Origin: Planctomycetota bacterium
GTDB taxonomy: Bacteria; Planctomycetota; UBA1135; UBA2386
DNA: 64,000 nucleotides
Assembly (NCBI GenBank): GCA_021776805.1
Contig: JAJFFD010000092.1
Span: forward strand, 22,089-86,088
Direction: 5' to 3'
Position numbers and translations under genes: made by a program. This document shows, one piece after another, positions 10,447-19,391 of the stretch (position 1 is the stretch's first letter; the number at the start of each line of letters is the position of its first letter). The notes under the pieces are model-generated. The model saw only the letters and a list, made by a program, of their open reading frames with translations. It had not been told where the DNA came from and did no database searches.

Positions 10447-11700
10447 ATGAGTAGGCGACGCGTTGTAATCACTGGTATGGGCGCTCTCACGCCCATTGGA
10501 CTCGATCTGGAGACGACCTGGTCGAACTTGCTCGAAGGCAAGTCGGGTGCGGTCCCTATCACCAGATTCGACGTTTCTGGACACAGCGCAAAGATTGCCT
10601 GTGAGATCCAGCGTGAAGGCATGTACTCGCCGGAGAAGTACTTCACCAAGAACGAGATCCGCCGCCTCGACATCTATGCCCAGCTGACGCTGGTGGTATC
10701 TGATGAGGCCATGAAGAACTCTGGTCTCGAAGTCGATAAGGGCGATGCGACTCGGATGGGTTGCATCCTCGGCACTGGCATCGGGGGCATCAACGAGTTG
10801 GAGGACAACAAGGTCCTCTTCATGGAGAGGGGCCCCAGGCGGATCAGTCCGTTCTTCATTCCCAAGCTCATGTCCAACGCCATGGCTGGCCAGGCTGCGA
10901 TGCGACATGGCCTCCAAGGCCCCTGCTTTGCGACCTCCTCAGCCTGTGCAAGCTCCAGCAACGCCATGGGGATGGCGATGCGAGCCATTCAGTGGGGGGA
11001 AGCTGACGTAATGTTGACCGGAGGCTCCGAGGCGACCACGACAGCTCTCGCACTCGCAGGCTTCTGTTCGCTCAAGGCACTGTCCACCCGCAACGACGAT
11101 CCGCAGGCTGCCTCGCGACCCTTCGATCGGGACCGTGACGGCTTCGTCATGGCGGAAGGTGCCGCTGCTCTGGTTTTCGAAGAATTGGAGCATGCGCAGA
11201 AGCGCGGCGCTCCGATCCTTGCTGAAGTTGTGGGCTACGGGTCAACTGACGATGCCTATCACCTGACCGCGCCCATGGACGACGGTTCGGGTGCTTCACG
11301 GGCGATGACCCTCTGCCTCAAGGATGGAAAGCTCAGCCCGGAAGACGTGCAATACGTCAATGCGCACGGGACGAGCACCTCCCTGAACGACAAGATCGAG
11401 ACCTTGGCGATCAAGAATGCCTTTGGCGACCATGCCCGCGCCCTGCAGATATCGTCGACAAAGTCGATGATTGGGCACCTTCTCGGGGCTTCGGGAGCTG
11501 CCGAGCTGGTCTTTTCAGCCCTTGCCATCAGCCGTGGGGCGATCCCGGCGACAATCAACTACGAGACCCCCGATCCTGACTGCGACTTGGACTATGTGCC
11601 AAATGTCGCCCGCGAGGCGAGAGTCGACGCGGCCATCAGTAATTCCCTAGGATTTGGCGGCCACAACACCTGTCTGGCCATTCGGCGTTTCGAAGGATAG
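10447..11700 (+). CDS. fabF: 3-oxoacyl-ACP synthase II
   Basis: RRVVITGMG, SACASS, SRPFDRDRDGFV, NAHGTST, KSMIGHLLGA, SNSLGFGGHN. Confidence 0.98.
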   Translation: MSRRRVVITGMGALTPIGLDLETTWSNLLEGKSGAVPITRFDVSGHSAKIACEIQREGMYSPEKYFTKNEIRRLDIYAQLTLVVSDEAMKNSGLEVDKGDATRMGCILGTGIGGINELEDNKVLFMERGPRRISPFFIPKLMSNAMAGQAAMRHGLQGPCFATSSACASSSNAMGMAMRAIQWGEADVMLTGGSEATTTALALAGFCSLKALSTRNDDPQAASRPFDRDRDGFVMAEGAAALVFEELEHAQKRGAPILAEVVGYGSTDDAYHLTAPMDDGSGASRAMTLCLKDGKLSPEDVQYVNAHGTSTSLNDKIETLAIKNAFGDHARALQISSTKSMIGHLLGASGAAELVFSALAISRGAIPATINYETPDPDCDLDYVPNVAREARVDAAISNSLGFGGHNTCLAIRRFEG

Positions 11701-11703
11701 AAT

Positions 11704-11721
11704 CGCCGGCGCGGTGTTTTT
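11704..11721 (+). terminator. Weak candidate terminator after fabF
   Basis: CGCCG-gcg-CGGTG (one G-U pair) followed by TTTTT. Confidence 0.35.
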
Positions 11722-11785
11722 CTGTGCTTTAGTCCCCTGCAACCATCCCCCCTCGATGGTCCAGAATCACAGCTGAGGATCCCCC

Positions 11786-12145
11786 GTGAAGAAGAAGTTT
11801 CAGGAGTTGCTTCACCAGTACAAGGTGGAAGCCTTCAAGATCTCTCACAACAACGAGCAAGTCGCTGAGCAGACTAGCGAAATCCTGCGCTTCACTGAGG
11901 AAGCGCTCAACAATGCTTACCACTATCAGTTTCGAACTACCCCGGACAAGGAGCGGCTCGAGACCTTTACCAGGATCAAGAACTTCACTCTCGAAGCTCT
12001 TCTGCCACCAGTCCTCGAGAAGATCATGCGGCGAGTAGTCGTCTTGGAATGCCAGCATCAGGAGATGGTTAAATTGGTCGACACCCTCCTCGAAGCTCTC
12101 TCAGAGGATGAGAAGATGGGACGCCAGGATTCGGACGTCGGCTGA
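11786..12145 (+). CDS. Hypothetical helical protein (119 aa)
   Basis: Clean ORF filling the gap with genome-typical codon usage, GAGG upstream of GTG; no family recognised. Confidence 0.7.
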   Translation: MKKKFQELLHQYKVEAFKISHNNEQVAEQTSEILRFTEEALNNAYHYQFRTTPDKERLETFTRIKNFTLEALLPPVLEKIMRRVVVLECQHQEMVKLVDTLLEALSEDEKMGRQDSDVG

Positions 12146-12173
12146 GCGAGAATCGACGCGCGAGTGATCTGCG

Positions 12174-13097
12174 ATGAAGACTGTTCTCAGCGCGGATCTA
12201 GGTGGAACCAAGTGCCGTTTCGCGCTGGTCACAGAAGATCTCGCTGTGATCGGCGAGCGGCAGATTCCCACCCCTGATGATCGCTCGGCCTTTCTGGCTG
12301 AGCTGAGTTCGAACTTCTCAGCGTTGCGAGAACTCGCTGTGGAGCACGGCATGCCGGCGCAAGCCATAGGCATCGGCACTGCTGGAGTGGTTCACCGCGG
12401 CGGGAGGATTATCGATTATGCGCCGAACCTCCCGGTGGAGAAGGATTGCGCCTTGGCCGAGGCTATTGAAGCAAGTCTTGGCCTGCCGGTAACCCTGATC
12501 AACGATGGGCGCGCGGCGGCCCTGGGTGAGTACCGGCAAGGTTATGCCAGCGGCTCGGATCCACTGCTGGCCCTCTTCTTTGGCACGGGGATCGGGATTG
12601 GTTTGGTCCTGGAGTCGGCCCCCTATGCGGGGGTTAGCAATGCCGCCGGGGAAATCGGTCACACGATCTTCAGGCCGGATGGGCTGCCCTGTGTTTGCGG
12701 GCGAAGGGGCTGCTACGAGGCCTATTGCGCCGGCGGCCCCATGTGCGCCCGGGCCCTGCAGGAACTTGGCCACCCGCCTGAGGGCGAGCAGAGTTGGTCC
12801 GTGGGAGCTATCCGCGCCGCGGCCGCCAGGGATGCCCGCTGCGCGGCGATCTTGGAGGACTGTGCGCTGGCCGCAGGGGCAATGGTTGCCTCAGCCTGCA
12901 TGCTTCTCAATCCCCAGGCGGTAGTCCTTGGGGGTGGTGTGCTCAAGGGCTGGCCGGAATTGCGCAAGCGTATTGAAGACTTCGCCCAAGGCTGGTGTTC
13001 GCCAGTGGTTCTGCGCGAGCTGAGCTTTGTACCCAGCTTGGGGGAGTCGGACGCCATCCTCTGGGGAGCTGCAGCAGAGACCGGCAAACTCTGGTGA
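12174..13097 (+). CDS. ROK family sugar kinase (glucokinase-like)
   Basis: DLGGTK, NDGRAAALGE, GTGIGIG, GEIGH, CVCGRRGCYE. Confidence 0.93.
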   Translation: MKTVLSADLGGTKCRFALVTEDLAVIGERQIPTPDDRSAFLAELSSNFSALRELAVEHGMPAQAIGIGTAGVVHRGGRIIDYAPNLPVEKDCALAEAIEASLGLPVTLINDGRAAALGEYRQGYASGSDPLLALFFGTGIGIGLVLESAPYAGVSNAAGEIGHTIFRPDGLPCVCGRRGCYEAYCAGGPMCARALQELGHPPEGEQSWSVGAIRAAAARDARCAAILEDCALAAGAMVASACMLLNPQAVVLGGGVLKGWPELRKRIEDFAQGWCSPVVLRELSFVPSLGESDAILWGAAAETGKLW

Positions 13098-13148
13098 GTT
13101 GGTCCTGCCTCCAGGTAAGATCGGGGTTCAACCGAGCCTGGAGGGGCC

Positions 13149-14207
13149 TTGATAGACATAGCGGTACTTGCCGGTGGGCGTTCGTCGGAGCATGAGATCT
13201 CACAGCTCTCGGGCTTCCAGGTCCTGCAGAATCTCTGCCTGCGAGAATGGCGCCTTTGGCCAGTGTACATCGATCGCGAAGGGCGCTGGTCCTTGCCCGA
13301 GCAGCCATTCAGTCACGGTGATGCGGATCCTTTTCAGCTGGCAAGCAAACGGCGGGCACGGCCCGGAGTTGCCCTCGAACATCTTATCGAGAGCTGCGGG
13401 GTTGGCCTGGTCTTTCCGGTATTGCACGGGCGTCATGGCGAGGACGGCACCGTCCAAGGAATGATGGAGTTGCACGATCTCGCCTTTGTAGGTAGCGGGA
13501 CCGCTGCATCGGCAGTGGCTATGGACAAACTCCGAACTCGGGAGTGTCTACGTTCCCAGGGTCTTCCTATGCCTGCGGCCTACATGCCTCATGCTAGTGT
13601 CCAGGAGGCAGATCCTCGTTTGGAGGCTGAGCACATTGCAGCCAGTGTTGGCTTCCCCTGTTTTGTCAAGATCGACCATTCGGGTTCCACCATCGGGGTG
13701 AGCCGGGTCAACAACGAATCCGAGTTGGCGGCTTTTCTCCGGGAGAATCAAAACAAGGGGCGGAGATTCCTCGCTGAACAGGCCTTGCAGGGCGAAGAGA
13801 TCACGGTTCCGGTTCTCGGCAACGCGGGTGGTCACTTGGAGATCCTACCGCCAGTTGGCATCTACCCGGTCGTCGATGGCTTCTTTACCTTCGAAGCCAA
13901 GTACCAGGTCGGGATGTGCGAGGAAGTCGTACCTCCGCGAGGGCTCAGTGAAGAGCAGGTAGCAGATGCGATGATCCTTGCACAGCGATGCCATGAAGCG
14001 CTTCACTGTGACGGGCTCTCGCGAACGGACATGATTCTCGATGCGGGTGGGTTGAAGATCCTCGAGGTCAACACCATGCCGGGGATGACCGAGATGAGTC
14101 TCCTGCCGCGTTCGGCCGCGGTGCATGGACTCGAGTTTCCTGAGCTGCTCGACCGTCTCCTGTACCTGGCCATGGAGCGCTGGGGGTTGCGGAGCCGAGT
14201 CTCGTGA
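13149..14207 (+). CDS. ddl: D-alanine--D-alanine ligase
   Basis: GGRSSEHEIS, LHGRHGEDG, MDK, GSTIG, FEAKY, EVNTMPGMT..S. Confidence 0.95.
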   Translation: MIDIAVLAGGRSSEHEISQLSGFQVLQNLCLREWRLWPVYIDREGRWSLPEQPFSHGDADPFQLASKRRARPGVALEHLIESCGVGLVFPVLHGRHGEDGTVQGMMELHDLAFVGSGTAASAVAMDKLRTRECLRSQGLPMPAAYMPHASVQEADPRLEAEHIAASVGFPCFVKIDHSGSTIGVSRVNNESELAAFLRENQNKGRRFLAEQALQGEEITVPVLGNAGGHLEILPPVGIYPVVDGFFTFEAKYQVGMCEEVVPPRGLSEEQVADAMILAQRCHEALHCDGLSRTDMILDAGGLKILEVNTMPGMTEMSLLPRSAAVHGLEFPELLDRLLYLAMERWGLRSRVS

Positions 14208-14956
14208 CTCTGAGGGTTCATGTGCATGGCGCCGCTGGTCGGATGGGGTCCGCAGCGGCCAAGGCGATTGAGGCGGCGACGGACCTGGAGCTCTGCGGGC
14301 AGAGCGGCCGTGGAGATGATCTGCGTGAGGAGCTGAAAGCTAGTCGACCTCGGGTCCTGGTCGAGTTCACGGTACCCTCGGTGGTCGGCGCAAATCTGCG
14401 TATTGCGCTGGAAGAGGGAGTGCACGTGGTTTCGGGTACGACGGGGCTCTCCCTGGTCGAAACTGAGAGTCTTGGCGAATTCGCCGCCAGCAAGGATCTC
14501 GGCTGTCTGATCGCCGCTAATTTCTGCCTTGGTGTCCTGCTGATGCAGGACTTCGCTGCGCGGGCAAGCCGTTGGTTCGATGACGTGGAAGTGATCGAGA
14601 TGCATCATGAGAAGAAGCTGGATGCGCCATCCGGGACAGCCCTGCACAGCGCCCGGCTCATCGCTGGAGCGGCTGGCAGAGGTCTCAACCAGGGGAGGCC
14701 GGAAACCGAGGAGGCTCTCAGCGGTGTCCGCGGTGGGCAGGAAGGAGGGATCCCGATCCACTCCATTCGCCTACCTGGCCTCCTGGCGCACCAAGAGATT
14801 CTCTTCGGTGCGACCGGACAAGTCCTCAGTATCCGTCATGACTGCCTGGATCGAGAGGCATTCATGCCTGGAATACTTCTGGGCATACGCCGCATCGGCG
14901 CCTCTCGTGGGCTGGTAGACTCGCTGGCCGAGTTCCTGGACGAGCCCCGCGACTAG
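14204..14956 (+). CDS. dapB: 4-hydroxy-tetrahydrodipicolinate reductase
   Basis: GAAGRMG, GTTG, EMHHEKKLDAPSGTA, IHSIRLPG..AHQE. Confidence 0.96.
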   Translation: MTLRVHVHGAAGRMGSAAAKAIEAATDLELCGQSGRGDDLREELKASRPRVLVEFTVPSVVGANLRIALEEGVHVVSGTTGLSLVETESLGEFAASKDLGCLIAANFCLGVLLMQDFAARASRWFDDVEVIEMHHEKKLDAPSGTALHSARLIAGAAGRGLNQGRPETEEALSGVRGGQEGGIPIHSIRLPGLLAHQEILFGATGQVLSIRHDCLDREAFMPGILLGIRRIGASRGLVDSLAEFLDEPRD

Positions 14957-14970
14957 CCCGCTCATCGCTT

Positions 14971-17238
14971 ATGCCCCAGTACAGTCTTGCCTTGCCCTTG
15001 ATGCTTGCGCTGCAGGATGAGAGTCAAGCGTCCAATGAGATGGGCTTTCTCGAGCGCATCGCCGCTGAACCCGCGCTGGTGCAGCTCTTTCTGGTTGTGG
15101 TCGGCTTCGGGTTGCTCTGGTTGGTCTTCGGCCGTCTCGCTCGCAGGGTCAAGGAAGCTGAGGCGCGCGCTGCGGTTCGGGACTACCTGCTCGCAATGGA
15201 GCAGACCCTCTCTGGGGACTTGAAGGGCGCGGCCACGAGGCTGCAGCGTGTCCTGAAGGAAGATCCAGAAAACTCCCACGCTCGATACCTCTACGGTCTG
15301 GTCCTTTCCGACTTGGGAGATCCGGCCGAAGCACATAAGCAGCACCTGCAATTGCAGCGAGGCATGGGTATGGAAAGCCCACGCAATGACAAGGCACTGG
15401 CCAAAAACCTGCTCGCGGTTGGGCATGCGGAAGAGGCTGTGGAACCTGCGGCCCGCGCGGCCCAGAAGTTGCCGGATGACCGCGAAGCACTGCGCCTGCT
15501 CTTTCGGGCACAGCTTGCTGCAGGCTATCCGGAGGAGGCCGGCGGGACCGGCAGGCGATTGGCTCACCTCTTGCCGGTTGGGGATGAGCAGCAGCGGGTC
15601 CTCGAAGAGTCCTCGGAAGCCTATGCGCTCGCTGCCAAGGTCAAGCTCGAGGCAGGCGATGCGCAACGGGCACGGGGGCTGCTCGATAGGGCCGGGCTTT
15701 CCAGTGGTGGTAGTTGGCAGATAGGCAGGCTGCAGGCGCAGCTGGCTCTGGTCGAAGGCGGAGAGCATGCCATGTGGCAGGGACTCGATGCTCTCGAGGT
15801 CAAGGACAGCAGTCAGCCAGCGAGTTTTCTTCCTGTCTTGAGGGAGTCGGGAGCGGCTTCTTCAGCGCGCGTTCTCGCCAAGCTCGTTCCTAAGAAGCCC
15901 TATCGCTGTCAGGTCTGTATGGGCGAGCTTCTTGGGCCTCTGCCCCTCTGCCCGCATTGTGGAACTGCTGGCAGAGTAGATGCAGTGGAGCCCCTGCTCT
16001 TCCGCGAGATCGCCTCTCCAGGTCGCATCATGGACGCGGTGGAAGAGAATCGCGCCCATATCGCGCGCTTGCTCGAGCAGGTTGCTGAAGGCGACCAGGA
16101 AGCAGAAGGGGAACTGGGCCGCTTAGGGGAGAGCGCGGTTGAGGAGACTCTGGCCTATGCGGTGGAGCACGGCTCAGGTGATTCTGCATTCGTCAGAATT
16201 CTGCAGGGCATGGGCGCAGCGATCATGCCGGCTCTCTTCGCGGCATATCGCAAGCGGAAGGCCGACTGGTTGGCGCGCTTTGGTGAGATTATCGGACGAG
16301 GTTCATCGGCAGCGGTCGTCGGTCGTGTAGTGCAGGGTTTTGGGGAGGAGGCGCTTCCGCAGTTTGATGAGTTGCTCGGCACCGAGGACAGGGATCTCCG
16401 GAAGATCATCATCGACTATTTCATTGGTCTCGGTGATCCGAAGACCTTCATGCGAGTACATGAGAAGTTCCCGCCGGTCGAAGTGATTCACAGGCTCAAC
16501 GAAACCCCCGAGGTCATCCTGCGCAAGTTTCTTGTCGGAGCAAAATCCGGGAGCTTTCTGGTTGAAATGCTACTTCCCGATCCCGGTTTCTACCGAGACC
16601 TGGACGTCCTTGCAGTCATTCCAGATGCTGCGGATTCACCCGCCCTCGAGGCCGTTCTCATTCACCGTGGGTTCAACCGCAGCCTGACAACGCAGTTGAT
16701 CGAAGATCTGGTCGACTCCAGGAGATATGGCACGGCCAATCGCCTGCTCGACAGCTTCGGCGACAAGACAATCGAGCATCAGATCTCGGCCTTCGCCGAT
16801 CTTGATCGCCCGCTTGAACTACGAGTTGAGCTCGGCAAGCGCATACAGTCCATGGGGGCCGGTGTGGTTGACAAGCTCTGTGATTGCTTCGGCTCGGTGG
16901 CGACCGGACTCGACGGACAGATCGTGGACGCCCTGAGTAGTCTCGGAAGGGCCGCAGTAGGGCCTCTCTGTGAGGCCTACAGCCAAGGTAGTTTGTTGGA
17001 GAAATTCGCGGGTCCCTTGGTGAATCGCTACAACCATCGGCGAGTGATGATTGTTCGAGCTCTTGCCGCGATCGCCGGTGGACCGGCCGAGCGAGGCCTA
17101 GAGGCGCTGCGGCGTGGCGAGACCGATCCAAATTTGAAACTTCGACTGGCTCAGGCCCTCCATCAGATGAGTGAGAGTAAGAAGTCGGGAAGCAAGCCAG
17201 GGTCTGAAGATGGAGGTGGTCATGGCCAGGCTAGGTGA
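14971..17238 (+). CDS. LapB-like protein: TM anchor, TPRs, rubredoxin-like CxxC..CxxC, plus a long HEAT-like C-terminal region
   Basis: TM helix then YLLAMEQTLSG, LVLSDLGDPAEAHKQHLQL (LapB-like TPR); YRCQVCMG..LCPHCG; C-terminal GRAAVGPL..RALAAI HEAT-like helices. Confidence 0.7.
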   Translation: MPQYSLALPLMLALQDESQASNEMGFLERIAAEPALVQLFLVVVGFGLLWLVFGRLARRVKEAEARAAVRDYLLAMEQTLSGDLKGAATRLQRVLKEDPENSHARYLYGLVLSDLGDPAEAHKQHLQLQRGMGMESPRNDKALAKNLLAVGHAEEAVEPAARAAQKLPDDREALRLLFRAQLAAGYPEEAGGTGRRLAHLLPVGDEQQRVLEESSEAYALAAKVKLEAGDAQRARGLLDRAGLSSGGSWQIGRLQAQLALVEGGEHAMWQGLDALEVKDSSQPASFLPVLRESGAASSARVLAKLVPKKPYRCQVCMGELLGPLPLCPHCGTAGRVDAVEPLLFREIASPGRIMDAVEENRAHIARLLEQVAEGDQEAEGELGRLGESAVEETLAYAVEHGSGDSAFVRILQGMGAAIMPALFAAYRKRKADWLARFGEIIGRGSSAAVVGRVVQGFGEEALPQFDELLGTEDRDLRKIIIDYFIGLGDPKTFMRVHEKFPPVEVIHRLNETPEVILRKFLVGAKSGSFLVEMLLPDPGFYRDLDVLAVIPDAADSPALEAVLIHRGFNRSLTTQLIEDLVDSRRYGTANRLLDSFGDKTIEHQISAFADLDRPLELRVELGKRIQSMGAGVVDKLCDCFGSVATGLDGQIVDALSSLGRAAVGPLCEAYSQGSLLEKFAGPLVNRYNHRRVMIVRALAAIAGGPAERGLEALRRGETDPNLKLRLAQALHQMSESKKSGSKPGSEDGGGHGQAR

Positions 17239-18493
17239 CTTGTTCAGTCGAGCCTTTTGGGCGCCGGTAAAGGCAGTGATGCCCAAGAACCCATGGCTGC
17301 GCATCCTGATCATCGGCATTCCGATACTCCTGGTCATGGCCTTGCTCGAGCCGGTCTTCGGACTTCTCGAGAAGGCCGTGGATTTGATCGTTCGCTTGAT
17401 CGCGCCGCTGATGGAGACCTCCGGTGGTCGCCTGCTTCTACTCAACCTAGTCCTTCTCGTCCTGGTCGTGATTGCATTCCTGGTGCTGCGATCACGTCTA
17501 CGCAAGCTCTTCTCCGGGTTGATTCTCCGTCGTCACTTGGATGGCATTGGTCAGTTGTTGGATGACGAATCCAAGACGGCCCGGGATTCCTTCCGCCGAG
17601 TCGCCAAGAGTAAGGCCTTGCCCCCGAGCGTGTTCCCGCAGATTCGGGAGGATGCGAAGCTCAAGCTCGCTCGGCTGAGTATCGATCGGGGGCAGGCTAA
17701 CGAAGCCATCCATTGGCTGACAAAGATCAAGGAAACCGGCATGCCGAAGGAGTTGAAGCGCAGTCTCGCTCAGCTACGCGCGCGTAGTTTCCTGGCTCAG
17801 GGAGAGATTCTGGACGAGAGCATGGAGGCGGAGTTAAGGGCTTCCCTCGAGCGCTTCCCCGGCGATCCGGTCTTGGCAGGGCTCTTGCGCAGCCAGATGT
17901 TACAGGCTGGGCGGTTGGAGGAGGCCGCGCGGGCCCAGGAGTTGGTCTTCAAGAATTCCCCTGTCAGTAGCCGTGAACACGAGCGCCAGCGTTTGCTAGA
18001 AGATCAGGTGCGCTGCGGCGACGAGGCCCTTTCCAAGGGCGAGCTGGAGCTGGCTCGCAGTTACGCCAAGAAGGCGCAGAAGCTGGCACCCAAGGCCCCT
18101 GAGCCCGGCTGCTTGCTAGGAAAGGTCTCGGTAGCCAAGGGTGATGCCCTGGGCGGGATTCGTGAGTGGGGTCGAACTCGCTCCGCTGCGGGATTCGAAT
18201 TGCTTAGCGGCCTCCTCGACGAACACCCCGGAATCGTCAGTCCCCGTGAGCTGCTCGAAGCCTGTCCCATGGAGGGGACTGTCCTTTTGGTGGCTAGGGA
18301 GTATGCACGCCAGGGTGATACCCGGCGGGCCGAGCGGGCCGCGCGGGCCGCCACCCGAAACCTGGGTCTAACTCCCTCAACAGCCGCTGTTCTGGCTGAA
18401 GTGCTCGAGCTCTGTGGGCGGACCGAGGATGCCAGAAGTATCTGTCAGGAGGCCGTGAAAAGACTGGTGGCGCCGGAAGGGACCAACAGCTAA
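17222..18493 (+). CDS. Membrane-anchored TPR protein (LapB/HemY-like architecture)
   Basis: Two N-terminal hydrophobic segments followed by TPR-like helices; start uncertain (ATG 17222 overlaps the upstream gene end). Confidence 0.65.
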   Translation: MARLGDLFSRAFWAPVKAVMPKNPWLRILIIGIPILLVMALLEPVFGLLEKAVDLIVRLIAPLMETSGGRLLLLNLVLLVLVVIAFLVLRSRLRKLFSGLILRRHLDGIGQLLDDESKTARDSFRRVAKSKALPPSVFPQIREDAKLKLARLSIDRGQANEAIHWLTKIKETGMPKELKRSLAQLRARSFLAQGEILDESMEAELRASLERFPGDPVLAGLLRSQMLQAGRLEEAARAQELVFKNSPVSSREHERQRLLEDQVRCGDEALSKGELELARSYAKKAQKLAPKAPEPGCLLGKVSVAKGDALGGIREWGRTRSAAGFELLSGLLDEHPGIVSPRELLEACPMEGTVLLVAREYARQGDTRRAERAARAATRNLGLTPSTAAVLAEVLELCGRTEDARSICQEAVKRLVAPEGTNS

Positions 18494-18506
18494 TTTTCCG
18501 CTGCGC

Positions 18507-18595
18507 GCCGGTGTGGCGGAATTGGCAGACGCGACGGATTCAAAATCCGTTGAGGGTAATTCCTCGTGTGGGTTCGAGTCCCACCTCCGGTACCA
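18507..18595 (+). tRNA. tRNA-Leu(CAA)
   Basis: GCCGGTGTGGCGGAATTGGCAGACGC, anticodon arm ACGGA-TTCAAAA-TCCGT, long variable arm, GGTTCGAGTCC, 3' ACCA. Confidence 0.96.
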
Positions 18596-18633
18596 ATCCC
18601 CGAGGGGGCAGCAACCTAGTTGCTGCATCAGGC

Positions 18634-19380
18634 ATGAGCGATCCCCGAGAAAGACGGTCAGGCTTTCTCTCCGATCCAGTTCTCGTGGACGGAGAAATCG
18701 ATCCTAACGATTTCATGTACAACGCGACGAGCCCCGAGGCCTATCACCGAGGTGGGTCGACGGCCCTGCGCGCAATGCGCTTGGCTCTATTGGCAGCTGA
18801 GAAGGGCGACCCACAACGCATTCTCGACCTGCCCAGCGGCTATGGGCGAGTTTTGCGCTACATGCGTGCAGCCTGGCCGGATGCGGAGATCGTTGCCTGT
18901 GACCTGCTGCCGGAGGCGGTCAGCTTCTGTGCAAGCAAGTTTGCCGCAACGCCGCTTCTCTCAGTTGAAGATCCTGGGGAGCTCAGCCTAACTGGTCGTT
19001 TCGACCTGATTTGGTGTGGTTCCTTGCTGACGCATCTGCCGGTGACTGCCTGGGCAGGCTGGATGGAGGTATTCGAGAAGGCGACTGGAAGCGGCGATCT
19101 CCTCCTGTTCTCGGTGCATGGACGATATGTCGAGCACATCATGCGGAATGGTGGAAGCTATCAGTTGTCCCCCGATAGCGTGGCGCAGGTTCTGGCCGAA
19201 CTGGACGAGACGGGAACTGGCTATGCCAACTACTCCGGGCAGACGGGATACGGGATCTCGTTGACGCGTGCTGAGTGGGTGGTCAGGGAGTTGCTAAAAC
19301 GCGAGGTTTGGATACTCGAGTCGTACTCGGAGCGTGCGCTCAACGAGCATCAGGACATTGTGGTAGCACGCCGGGTTTGA
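18634..19380 (+). CDS. Class I SAM-dependent methyltransferase
   Basis: RILDLPSGYGRVLRY, ACD, FDLIWCGSLLTHL; start moved downstream of the tRNA to ATG 18634. Confidence 0.88.
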   Translation: MSDPRERRSGFLSDPVLVDGEIDPNDFMYNATSPEAYHRGGSTALRAMRLALLAAEKGDPQRILDLPSGYGRVLRYMRAAWPDAEIVACDLLPEAVSFCASKFAATPLLSVEDPGELSLTGRFDLIWCGSLLTHLPVTAWAGWMEVFEKATGSGDLLLFSVHGRYVEHIMRNGGSYQLSPDSVAQVLAELDETGTGYANYSGQTGYGISLTRAEWVVRELLKREVWILESYSERALNEHQDIVVARRV

Positions 19381-19391
19381 GGAACGACCTG

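Noticed and set aside
13149-14956. ddl/dapB (and waaA) as a surprise in a planctomycete-like genome
   Set aside because: Peptidoglycan and LPS genes in Planctomycetota are established; not novel.
18511-18633. N-terminal extension of the methyltransferase ORF in the ORF track
   Set aside because: It is read through tRNA-Leu; the real start is ATG 18634. The same applies to the ORFs overlapping the tRNAs at 43727-43812 and 46648-46721.
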